Below are positions 8,461 to 17,398 of a DNA stretch of 32,000 nucleotides, in pieces. The stretch covers positions 1 to 32,000 of the forward strand of contig NZ_JAYKGW010000117.1 in NCBI RefSeq assembly GCF_035285525.1, given 5' to 3'. Every line of letters starts with the position of its first letter. Within the stretch, counting starts at the first letter, position 1. This stretch comes from Okeania sp. Lineage in GTDB: Bacteria; Cyanobacteriota; Cyanobacteriia; Cyanobacteriales; Microcoleaceae. Made by a program: the position numbers and the translations under genes. Under the pieces are notes generated by a model. It made no database searches. It was not told the DNA's origin and was given only the letters and a program-made list of their open reading frames with translations.

Positions 8461-10704
8461 CTAATCATTTTTCTCATTCGCATCTCTACCATCAGGTCCA
8501 ATATTCCCATATTTAATCCATTTTGGTTGCACTGGTTTAGCTTCAATAGTAGGTTTGCGATCGTAAAAATCAGGTTTTTCGGGAAAATCTTCAACCGCAA
8601 TATCCTTGACGACTTCATCCATAAACAGTTGCCAATTATAAGCTGCTGTACTACTCGCACCCCAAGTAGGATCATTGTTATCATTTCCTAACCAGACTCC
8701 AGTTGCCACCTGGGGAATATAACCAATAAACCACAAATCTCGCGCCTCCTCACTTGTACCTGTTTTTCCGGCCACAGGGCGATCGTACAAATAAGCACTC
8801 GAACCGCTACCATATTTTACCACATTTTCCAACATCCAAGTAACAATTGCTGTACTATCCTTGTCTAAAACCTGCTCCGATTTAAAATTGCTCTCATAGA
8901 TAACTTCACCATTTTGATTAATTATTCTTTTAATTCCATGAGCTGGAATATATTTACCTTGTGCTGCCAAAGTCGCGTAAGCATTTGTCAACTCCAATAA
9001 ATTTACCTCCCAACTACCCAACGCCATCGAATAAGTAGCTTTAATCTCAGATTGAATCCCCATATCGTGAGCTAACTTAATCACAGGTTCAAACCCCACA
9101 TCCATCAATACTTGCACTGCTACCACATTCACAGAATATGCCAAAGAATCAATCATCGATCGCCAACCACCATACTTTTTCCCATAGTTTTTGGGTTGAT
9201 AACCATCTACTGTTAATGGCATATCTCGATAACCATCAGTGGGAGCAAAACCAGCAGCAACTGCAGCAGCATAAACAAAACTTTTAAAAGTTGAACCTGG
9301 TTGACGTTGCGCTTGAATGGCTCGGTTAAATTCACTTTTAACAAAATCTCGACCTCCTACTAATGCCTTCACCTCTCCAGTATTAGGAACCATAGCAACT
9401 AATGCTGCTTGATCGAAACCTTGGCGACTGCCATCAATATCAACAGCTTCTTGAATTACTTTTTCCCCTATTTCTTGCCAACGTCTATCTAAAGTCGTTT
9501 CGATAGTCAAACCCCCTGCTGCCAAAATTTCTGGGGAAACATATTTAGGCAATTCTTTCTGAATATAGTTAGCAAAATAGGGAGCTTCAACTATCAAACG
9601 CTTGGGGGAACTAGGTTGTAATGTCATTGGTTGAGTAATGGACATTCTGATAACTTTATCTGAAATCAAACCGGCTTTTCCCATTTCTGCTAACACTATG
9701 TTTCGCCGACGTTTAGCTGCTTCTTGGTTAACTAAGGGGGAATATTGACTAGGTGCAGGAGGCAAACCTGCCAAAGTTGCCATTTCTGTTAAAGTAAGCT
9801 CGGAGATTGGTTTGCTAAAGTAAACCCATGCAGCATCAGTTACACCATAAGCACCAGAACCGAGATAAACTATATTTAGGTACAGTTCCAGAATTTCTTG
9901 TTTAGATAACTCCTTTTCCATTTTCCAAGCTAGCATTGCTTCCCGGAGTTTACGCCAAATAGTTTTTTCCATATCCAGGAAAACCATGCGAGCTAACTGT
10001 TGGGTAATAGTGCTACCCCCTTGAACTACATCTCTAGCAATTAAATTATTGATTAATGCTCTAATAATTCCCTGATAATCAACTCCTGTATGTTCATAAA
10101 AACGTCTGTCTTCAATCGCAATAAAAGCTTTAATTAAAGTAGGAGGAATATTTTTTAATTTGATTTTTTCTCTAGTGGCAGGTCCGGTTTGTTGAATAAT
10201 TTTACCATCGGCAGCTTTTATTGTTAAAGTACCGTCTCTAGTATAGGAAGAAATATCAGCAATTTCTGGTAAACTTTGCTCTAATTTCCGCCATTGCCAA
10301 CCACCGTAAATAACAATAATAGTAATTCCCGAAAAACCTAATCCTAACCATAGTTTTTTCATCAATAAAATTTCTTTGAAATCGGACTTACGCCAATCAA
10401 CCAAAAAACTAGGTTTATGATGCCAATACTTGTCTTTTAAATAACCAAATTTCCTGGATAAACCAGATTGATTTGCCAGTTTTTTTAAGTTGACTAAATT
10501 AGCTTTTATAATATGTTTAATTTTATTTTTAAACTTTGGTGAATTTAAGGGAGCTTTAAATTTTTTACTTAACATTTTTGAGACAGAGTGGGAATTATTT
10601 TGCTGGCTTATAGGTTGAGAATCTATAGAGTTAGATTTTCTGATAATATCTGTCTCTGTTTCTGAAAATATTTCTTTAAAATTGTCTGGTTCTTTATCTG
10701 CCAC
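8461..10704 (-). CDS. Class A penicillin-binding protein (PBP1A type, transglycosylase plus transpeptidase)
   Basis: GT51 motifs are IAIEDRRFYEHTGVDYQGIIRA and GGSTITQQLAR. Transpeptidase motifs are STFKSF (SxxK), SVN and KTGTS. A TM segment follows the N-terminal tail. The start is GTG, preceded by AAGAGGA at good spacing. Confidence 0.9.
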   Translation of the reverse strand: MADKEPDNFKEIFSETETDIIRKSNSIDSQPISQQNNSHSVSKMLSKKFKAPLNSPKFKNKIKHIIKANLVNLKKLANQSGLSRKFGYLKDKYWHHKPSFLVDWRKSDFKEILLMKKLWLGLGFSGITIIVIYGGWQWRKLEQSLPEIADISSYTRDGTLTIKAADGKIIQQTGPATREKIKLKNIPPTLIKAFIAIEDRRFYEHTGVDYQGIIRALINNLIARDVVQGGSTITQQLARMVFLDMEKTIWRKLREAMLAWKMEKELSKQEILELYLNIVYLGSGAYGVTDAAWVYFSKPISELTLTEMATLAGLPPAPSQYSPLVNQEAAKRRRNIVLAEMGKAGLISDKVIRMSITQPMTLQPSSPKRLIVEAPYFANYIQKELPKYVSPEILAAGGLTIETTLDRRWQEIGEKVIQEAVDIDGSRQGFDQAALVAMVPNTGEVKALVGGRDFVKSEFNRAIQAQRQPGSTFKSFVYAAAVAAGFAPTDGYRDMPLTVDGYQPKNYGKKYGGWRSMIDSLAYSVNVVAVQVLMDVGFEPVIKLAHDMGIQSEIKATYSMALGSWEVNLLELTNAYATLAAQGKYIPAHGIKRIINQNGEVIYESNFKSEQVLDKDSTAIVTWMLENVVKYGSGSSAYLYDRPVAGKTGTSEEARDLWFIGYIPQVATGVWLGNDNNDPTWGASSTAAYNWQLFMDEVVKDIAVEDFPEKPDFYDRKPTIEAKPVQPKWIKYGNIGPDGRDANEKND

Positions 10705-11596
10705 TTTTTCCTCTTATATTTGTTTTTATACTATTACAAAAGTTTCCTACTTAATCAAGTAGATAATATTAAAAACTTACACAATAGAAGTATATATAGT
10801 GTATTTTTGGTAATTATTTCAGATATTTATGCTACAATTAAAGATTTTATGTAAGTTTGGATTTGATGGTTTTAAGGATTAGAGAGTAGGGAAAATGGGT
10901 CAAAGGATAGGAAATAAGCAAAAAATACAGCACTTCTGACTTTCCCTGAATTAGAGACCTAGTGGGCAAAATTACTGGGCTACAATAATTTTACCATTCA
11001 CATCTTCTACATCATTCATGTATATCACAGTAGGGATATTTCATAGAATATTCTCACTGGTTATCAAAAAAATATTGTTGCTCTTCTTACCATCTGTTCC
11101 CTTAGACCTTTAACCAATAAAGGGTTAAACCCTTTATTCAGATATTAGAAATTACTATAGTAATCCTAAATAGGTCTTTAATAATTAATAATTAATAATT
11201 AATAATTACCTCTTCTTATAAAAAAAAGGATTGGCTAAAAGGAATTTTTTTCTTTTCTAGGTTGATTAGATATGGCGTTTGTCCATGAATGAAGAGGCTT
11301 TATACCTCTATTTTGCAGTAAAAATTCAAAAACTAGAAATAAACTCCAAAAATCTTACCGAATAATTATTAATTGCTGAACTACTAATCTATTGCTTCTC
11401 AACCCCATTCTCCACAAAGTAGCAAGATTTTTAACATGAATAAAATAGCATTGCTATATTGACTTTTTTTATCGTCAAAAAAGTTGAGAAAATTGTAATT
11501 GATAAACATCAACATAAGTGTAAAAAATGTGAACCGTAAATTTCGCTTATTTTCATTTATTTGTATCTTTATCAACCAGAAAATTACTGGGATTAA

Positions 11597-11798
11597 TTAG
11601 GGTTTACTTATGGAATTATGTTGGTGAGCTTAAGCAATAGTTACAGGTGTTAATTTTTCTAAAATTTTTCCAGCTTGGTGAGGAAAAATCTAGATTTTTA
11701 AAGATTAATTTACTAATTTATTGCCATTTTTTGTTGCCCAAAAAATGCCTTTAATCTTTATTTGTCAATTCTTTTATATTTAATTAGCAAGCCCTAAT
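11597..11798. mobile_element. MITE-like element, family C (short copy)
   Basis: ttagggtttac at 11597 and gcaagccctaa ending at 11798. The interior shares ccagctt...atctagattttta with other copies. Confidence 0.65.
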
Positions 11799-12035
11799 GA
11801 GAATTTGCTTATAGAAGTCTGTTAGTGAAGCAAGGAAACAGGAAACAGAGAATAGTTTAAACTATATCCTACGACCAATTTTTTTAACAGTTTAAGTCCT
11901 GTTATACCTTCTTACTTCTGCCTTGTACCTTCTACCTTATTAGACATCTCCAATCATAAAAAAATCAAATCAATTATCCCACAAAAATAATCAATTCTTT
12001 CTCCCTGCTCCCTGCTCACTCTTCTCTAGAGATGT

Positions 12036-13169
12036 CTATTTAGGTTCCTGCTGAGTCGTACAATGTATTCCACCGCCTCCGGCAGCAATTTCATCAATAT
12101 TAATTTGTACAATATCTCGACCAGGAAAAAGTCGCCCTAAAGTTTGCTTTGCACGTTTATCTGCCAGGCGATCGCCAAATTCGGGAGCAATAACTGCACC
12201 ATTAATAACGTAAAAATTAATATACCCCGCTGCAAAGTCATCACTTTCATATCCTGGTCGTATCTTTCTCGGACTTTCAAGCACCACAACTTCTAAATTT
12301 CTGCCATCCGCATCTGTTGACGAGCGCAGAATTTCTAAATGTCTCTTAGTAACATTATGGTCAAAAGATTCAGGATCGGGATCGTATCCAGCAACAACCA
12401 CACCAGGACGAACAAAACGGGCATAAAAATCAGTATGTCCATCCGTAATATCATAACCTTTGATACCTGGTAGCCAAATAATTTTCCGCAACCCCAATAA
12501 AGCTTTCAATTCTGCTTCACAGTCAGCTTTAGTCCAACCAGGATTACGATTCTTATTAATAATACAACTTTCAGTAGCGATCGCTGTACCATGACCATCA
12601 ACTTCAATACCACCACCTTCAAATACAAGGTCTGTATTAAACAATGGTACTCCAGACTGTCGTGCCATAAACCGAGCTACTTTAGCATCGCGAGCGTGAT
12701 ACTGTTTATTTCCCCAACCATTAAAATTGCCATCAATAGCAGCTTTTTCACCAGCATCATTAACCACAAAAACGCAAGCCGTATCCCTCATCCAGAGATC
12801 GTCTATTGGGCAAACAATTAATTCGACATCAGTACCACATTTAGCTAGAGCTACCTGGTAGTCTCTCTTCCGGACTAACATTTTCACAGGTTCATATTTG
12901 ACAATAGTTTTAGCAATTCTAGCGAGATTATCTTGTACAGCAGAACTGTATTTGCGACCCCAAATATCTGCACTAGCACTAAACGCCATCCAAGTACATA
13001 AATGGGGTTCACCTTCATCAGGCATAAAAAATGAAGAACTTGATAACATAGAAGATGAGATTTTATTTGAAAATTTAGGATTAGTTGTGGCAAAGGTAGT
13101 ACAACTTTTTCCAGAGACAAGCAAACCAGATGTTGTTGTCATTAATTGTAAAAAGAGACGTCTATTCAT
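12036..13169 (-). CDS. aguA: Agmatine deiminase family protein (PAD_porph) with a Tat-like signal peptide
   Basis: The C-terminal catalytic motif is AAGGGGIHCTTQQEP, and the family layout is DGHTDFYARF...GYINFYV. The track start at 13187 is TTG. I use the ATG at 13169, which gives MNRRLFLQLMTTTSGLLVSGKSCTTFA (twin-arginine motif). Confidence 0.85.
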   Translation of the reverse strand: MNRRLFLQLMTTTSGLLVSGKSCTTFATTNPKFSNKISSSMLSSSSFFMPDEGEPHLCTWMAFSASADIWGRKYSSAVQDNLARIAKTIVKYEPVKMLVRKRDYQVALAKCGTDVELIVCPIDDLWMRDTACVFVVNDAGEKAAIDGNFNGWGNKQYHARDAKVARFMARQSGVPLFNTDLVFEGGGIEVDGHGTAIATESCIINKNRNPGWTKADCEAELKALLGLRKIIWLPGIKGYDITDGHTDFYARFVRPGVVVAGYDPDPESFDHNVTKRHLEILRSSTDADGRNLEVVVLESPRKIRPGYESDDFAAGYINFYVINGAVIAPEFGDRLADKRAKQTLGRLFPGRDIVQINIDEIAAGGGGIHCTTQQEPK

Positions 13170-13214
13170 AAAGTAGTGGCGTGTCAAGTTTGAAAATGTG
13201 GATTAAAAACCTAA

Positions 13215-13289
13215 CTCCCCAACCCCCTTCCCTGCAAGGGAAGAGTAATACAATACTCCCCTCTCCTTGCAGGAGAGGGGTTGGGGGAG
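13215..13289. repeat. Compound inverted repeat (cruciform-type)
   Basis: ctccccaaccccc (13215-13227) pairs with ggggttgggggag (13277-13289). The inner palindromes are cttccctgcaagggaag (13227-13243) and cccctctccttgcaggagagggg (13258-13280). Confidence 0.8.
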
Positions 13290-13363
13290 AGGTCTTCGGT
13301 AGTTGCTCGCTCCTAACCCACCATTCTATTCATAGAGCAGGTTGGAAATAAAACTAAACAATC

Positions 13364-13800
13364 AGGACTTACGCATTGGTAACGAGTTTTGGGCATTTGA
13401 GATTGCTATCCTTACGGACTGCAATGACAAAAGTACGTTGCGCATGCGTAAGTCCTGTTATTGTCAGGACTGACGGAGAAACTGGGTTGATCAACAAAAT
13501 CTTGTGGTTTGAACTGAACCCAGAAACCAGGTACGAGGGTAGAAACCGGGTTTCTTTGCGTAAGTCCTAAATAAATCTGGTTTCTGTCTAAATAATCAGG
13601 AATTACGCAGAGACCAGGGTTGATCAAGAAAAAATCGTGGTTAGGACTTACGCACCAGACGCTATATGTAGCGTCAAAAACTATTGTGCAATAGTTTTTG
13701 AACTCTATACATAGTACATTTGCGTAAGTCCTGGTGGTTTTAACAACAATATCGGAGCAATAAACCCGGTTTCTTGGTCTCTAGGCGTAATATCAAATCC
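13364..13800. mobile_element. Cluster of family B MITE-like elements (AGGACTTACGCA ... TGCGTAAGTCCT), one nested in another
   Basis: Copies lie at 13364-13456, at 13466-13568 (homologous to the inverted copy at 18890-18973) and at 13643-13732 (inverted homologue of 17201-17289). The last sits inside a third copy, broken and degenerate, that begins at 13598. Confidence 0.75.
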
Positions 13801-13823
13801 GGTAGTATCGGTATAAAAAAGCA

Positions 13824-13985
13824 GAGAAACCAGGTTTATATGATTTATCGGGAACCGTAATGCCTACTATACCCATATCTGTCTCCCATCAACCCGGTTT
13901 CTTGGAGAAACCGGGTTTATATGATTTATCGGGAACCGTAATGCTCACTATACCGATATCTGTCTCCCATCAACCCGGTTTATTC
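13824..13985. repeat. Tandem direct repeat, 2 x 81 bp
   Basis: Unit gagaaaccaggtttatatgatttatcgggaaccgtaatgcctactatacccatatctgtctcccatcaacccggtttcttg at 13824-13904 repeats at 13905-13985 with a few mismatches. It contains AAACC(N)GGTTT half-palindromes (family E). Confidence 0.9.
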
Positions 13986-14006
13986 GCTGCTTGGCATAAA
14001 TCCTGT

Positions 14007-15344
14007 TTAACTTCTTAACCGCAACATTTGTGCTGTCAACGCCAGACTCTCCTCATACAAAACATCTTGACCCCAACGTTGTAACTGTTGTGCCATCAAA
14101 GCTTCTGCTTTTTGATCGCTTAATGCTGTTACTTGCTCAGTCAAACAAGACTGCGCCTTACCACCAGACTCTAACCGTATACAACCAGTAGTTTCCGAAC
14201 ACAAAATTGTGCAACAGTCAACATCAGCATTGGGATTACTCGAACCCAAACGTATACCAACTAAATCTCCAGGTATTTCACCAAAATCAGCAGTAGGAAT
14301 AGCTGCTAACTCAGCCAAAATTTCTTGATTGTTACGTCCAGTAAACTTGATATGAACAATATCATAATCCCCACCCACCTCAGTATAAGAAATTGGTTGC
14401 CAACTCAAGCGACTCGCAAACCAACCCAAAAACATTAGTGCTTGAGCAGCATTTCCTTTTTCATAGTCAATCGTAATAATATCAACTTCCCATAAAGCTG
14501 CTCGGCGTTTGGGAGGGTCAAAAGTTGCAGCAATTAATTCTTGCCAAGCTGAAAGACGGTGCCAGTTGAGGTCAGCAATATAAGTTTCGTTTTCAATCAA
14601 TTCCTGCATCTTTAAAAATTCTGATTCGGGATCGGAAAAGTAACAAGAATCCATAATTATACAATTGCTGGTCTCACACAAAGTACGAAATAATTCTTGT
14701 TCTGTATTCGGGGTTGCTTTCCACCAGACAAATTTTGGTAGATCGGGAATCATTAACGATTTTACGGTTTCATCCACCCTTTGCATCGCTAATTTTGTAC
14801 CTCGAAGAGTGACATATTCACAACAAACTAAATTCGAGCTACTTTGCTTTTGAATTGGACAATAGGCAGATACTTGAGCTGTAACACCTGTATCTTCTTC
14901 CCCAATAATTGGACACAGAGTCATAACCCGACTGGGGTTTTGAGCAGCGATCGCATCTGCCATACTAGACCCCCGGAGATTAGTATTTGTAACTCTTTGA
15001 CGGTCATCTGGTTGTTTCGCAAATTCTTCGCGCAATTTAGCCAAGGTTTGGGGGTCTACTCTACCTGTAATTGTCAATTTATAAACATTTTGTGCCTCTT
15101 TGACTGCACTCCTGGTTTTTGGTCCATGAATACCATCAATTGGACCATCATAGAATCCGAGGGATCCCAATAATTGTTGAAATTCTTCTGGTTCGTAAAC
15201 TACTATACTGAAAGTGGCAGCTCTAGTGGCGATAGGAGTTGCTTTGGCTTGATTTTGACTAAGCCAGATTTTACTTAGTTCTTCTTCTATTTCTCCGAGG
15301 GAGATATCTTTTGGTTGTTGTAAGGCAACAATTGGTGTATTCAT
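14007..15344 (-). CDS. opcA: Glucose-6-phosphate dehydrogenase assembly protein OpcA
   Basis: The N-terminus MNTPIVALQQPKDISLGEIEEELSKIW...ATFSIVVYEPEE is the OpcA signature. There is an internal peptidoglycan-binding-like segment LGFYDGPIDGIHGPKTRSAVKEAQ...GRVDPQTLAKL. 445 aa, ATG start. Confidence 0.85.
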   Translation of the reverse strand: MNTPIVALQQPKDISLGEIEEELSKIWLSQNQAKATPIATRAATFSIVVYEPEEFQQLLGSLGFYDGPIDGIHGPKTRSAVKEAQNVYKLTITGRVDPQTLAKLREEFAKQPDDRQRVTNTNLRGSSMADAIAAQNPSRVMTLCPIIGEEDTGVTAQVSAYCPIQKQSSSNLVCCEYVTLRGTKLAMQRVDETVKSLMIPDLPKFVWWKATPNTEQELFRTLCETSNCIIMDSCYFSDPESEFLKMQELIENETYIADLNWHRLSAWQELIAATFDPPKRRAALWEVDIITIDYEKGNAAQALMFLGWFASRLSWQPISYTEVGGDYDIVHIKFTGRNNQEILAELAAIPTADFGEIPGDLVGIRLGSSNPNADVDCCTILCSETTGCIRLESGGKAQSCLTEQVTALSDQKAEALMAQQLQRWGQDVLYEESLALTAQMLRLRS

Positions 15345-15553
15345 TTTTACGGTTTGTCCTTAAGTTTTAGTTTTGGTTTATGGTACTATGGATAATTTAA
15401 TTTAATCGGAAAAAGCTGGTGTATTCATCTTTACTTTTTTACTTTTTTTCCTTAAATCTTAAATTTTTTTTATGTTACCCTTGCAGAAGGTAGATATTTC
15501 CCTAAGTTTTTACACGCTTCGATACCAACGGACATGATATAAATAATTATTAA

Positions 15554-15805
15554 TTAGGGCTTGCTGAGAAAAAGGATTAAACCATTGATAGATAAAGGTT
15601 TTAACAAGTTTAGAGCGGGAAAAAGTACCAGCTTTTAGGTCAAAAAGGTGAAAAAAGTTAGGATTTTGGTTGACGCGAGATAGAAAAATTCAGGGATAAT
15701 TCTTCCTCCTGTCTTCTGTAAATTCCCTACTCCTCCTGTATCCTGTATCCTCTATCCTGATTCCTACCCCTACCCATAAGACTGAAGAAGCGCAAACCCT
15801 AATTA
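15554..15805. mobile_element. MITE-like element, family C
   Basis: ttagggcttgctgagaaaaag at 15554 and gcaaaccctaatta ending at 15805. The terminal TTA (15803-15805) is also the stop codon (TAA on the minus strand) of the GUN4-domain gene. Confidence 0.75.
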
Positions 15806-16741
15806 TTGTTCCCCACTACAGGTTGCTAGTCTCGATCGCAAAGCTAAAAAAGTTTCCGCTGCCATCATTTGACCTACTCCATAACAAGCACGTTGTCGCC
15901 AGACAATTATCGGTAAGTGACCTTCTGGAGCTTCTAAACTAAAAGAGAGTTCATCATAATATTTCCAACTTTCTCCATCTCGCCATCCTATGCGATCGCA
16001 AAATTTTCCATATTCCCCACTCACACTTTCCCATATACGTTGTTGCACATTTAAACCAAACAACCCATGACTGTAATATTCCCAGAGCGAATCAATGGTA
16101 CAAATATCTGTGCAGGGAAAATTCTCAATTTCTGCCAAATGTAACCAACCTTCTTCTGCTCTGAGAGCAACTTGTAGCAACAACTCCCAAGTAAGTTCGT
16201 CTGCTTTTCGCCATTTTCCAGCAGCTAAAAGATTAATCAATGGATAATAATCTATTCCTACTTCAGACATTGGTGGTTCTGGAGTTGGCATCGCATCCAA
16301 TTTTTCATTAATATTATATAGGGTTTCTGCTAAACTCTCCGGGTTAAGTTGTTCCAGATGATAAAGTACCCATTCTAATTGACAATGAAGTTGAAACCGT
16401 TCTATGGTTGCCTGATGTAACTGAGCTTGTATTTGCTCTAGTTGTTTTTTGAGGTCTTTGTAATTTTGATTGTCATTGACTCCATTTACCGATGCAGTCG
16501 ATAAACCAGAATTGTTATGATGGTTTGGATTTTCCTTAGCTTGTAACATCTGCCACATTTTTCTTGCCCAGTTCAATTTTGCTTGTTCTTTTTGTTGGTA
16601 AATTTCCGCTGTAGCTAAAAAAGCTGCTTCCGATTTTAAATTCCAGTCACAAATAGAGCAAGACTCTGGCACTATTTCCATATATTCTGCACCGCAAATA
16701 GGACACAACATAATTTTTTTTCTTAGATTACAGCAATGCAT
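15803..16741 (-). CDS. GUN4-domain protein with an N-terminal CxxC-x11-CxxC zinc ribbon and a coiled-coil linker
   Basis: The C-terminal half YYPLINLLAAGKWRKADELTWELLL...FPCTDICTIDSLWEYYSHGLFGLNVQQRIW...IGWRDGESWKYYDELSFSLEAPEGHLP matches the GUN4 core. The N-terminus is CPICGAEYMEIVPESCSICDW. The start is either 16741 or the ATG at 16711. Confidence 0.8.
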   Translation of the reverse strand: MHCCNLRKKIMLCPICGAEYMEIVPESCSICDWNLKSEAAFLATAEIYQQKEQAKLNWARKMWQMLQAKENPNHHNNSGLSTASVNGVNDNQNYKDLKKQLEQIQAQLHQATIERFQLHCQLEWVLYHLEQLNPESLAETLYNINEKLDAMPTPEPPMSEVGIDYYPLINLLAAGKWRKADELTWELLLQVALRAEEGWLHLAEIENFPCTDICTIDSLWEYYSHGLFGLNVQQRIWESVSGEYGKFCDRIGWRDGESWKYYDELSFSLEAPEGHLPIIVWRQRACYGVGQMMAAETFLALRSRLATCSGEQ

Positions 16742-16774
16742 GAGGATGCTAAGGTACAGTTATTTGTAATATAG

Positions 16775-16935
16775 CCTTCTAGGAACAGCCTGGAAGGATG
16801 TGTTACAAAACAAGTAACACATCCTTCCTTCTAGGAACAACCTGGAAGGTTGTGTTACAAAACAAGTAACACAGCCTTCCTTCTAGGAACAACCTGGAAG
16901 GTTGTGTTACAAAAAAAAGTAACACATCCTTCCTT
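16775..16935. repeat. Tandem array of about 3 units of 52-53 bp, each with a 13-bp-stem hairpin
   Basis: Units lie at 16775-16826, 16827-16878 and 16879-16931, followed by a partial unit. The unit is ccttctaggaacaacctggaaggttgtgttacaaaacaagtaacacagcctt, with stem aagg(a/t)tgtgttac / gtaacaca(t/g)cctt. The units abut with no unique spacers. A partial solo copy lies at about 23975-24000. Confidence 0.9.
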
Positions 16936-17131
16936 TGCTGTAACAAATAATTTTGTACCTCATTAACTCCGAAATTGCTGTAAAAACATATTACAGCACT
17001 TTTCATTTCGGTAGACCAGATTAAGGGGAAATGGCCATTTGCCCCTAATTGGAATGATGGTTAAACTCGTGAGTTTATTATTGCACCATTTTGAATATAT
17101 CAGTACACTAATAGAATGGCGCACCTAAAAA

Positions 17132-17347
17132 TGTAGGTTGGGTAGTAGCTTGCTTCTGCGTAGCAGTACGATAGTGAAACCCAACAAAGCTTTATAGTTC
17201 AGGACTTACGCAAAGGTAATATGTATAGAGTTCAAAAACTATAGCGCTATAATTTTCAACCCTATATATGTGGTCTCTGCGTAAGTCGTGATGGTTTTTG
17301 GGTTTCGTTCCATGCTACGCAACCCTAACGGGAACAACCCAACCTAC
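17132..17347. mobile_element. MITE-like element, family A (TGTAGGTTGGGT ... AACCCAACCTAC) carrying a nested family B element at 17201-17289
   Basis: The ends lie at 17132 and 17336-17347. The right arm 17300-17347 is the reverse complement of 20883-20930. The inner element is bounded by aggacttacgca (17201) and tgcgtaagtcgt (17278-17289). Confidence 0.8.
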
Positions 17348-17398
17348 GCTTACTTTTACTACAATAATCAACTTTTACGTCGAATCTAACAACAAACT

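Noticed and set aside
15420-15434. An NtcA binding site (TGTA-N8-TAC) upstream of opcA, considered as a confident regulatory feature.
   Set aside because: A 6-7-nt specification in AT-rich DNA is expected by chance several times per 32 kb. I kept it only as a low-interest note inside the opcA finding.
16775-16935. A possible CRISPR array, because of regularly spaced hairpin repeats.
   Set aside because: The 52-53-bp units are directly adjacent and near-identical over their whole length. There are no unique spacers, only about 3 units, and no cas genes. It is a plain tandem repeat.
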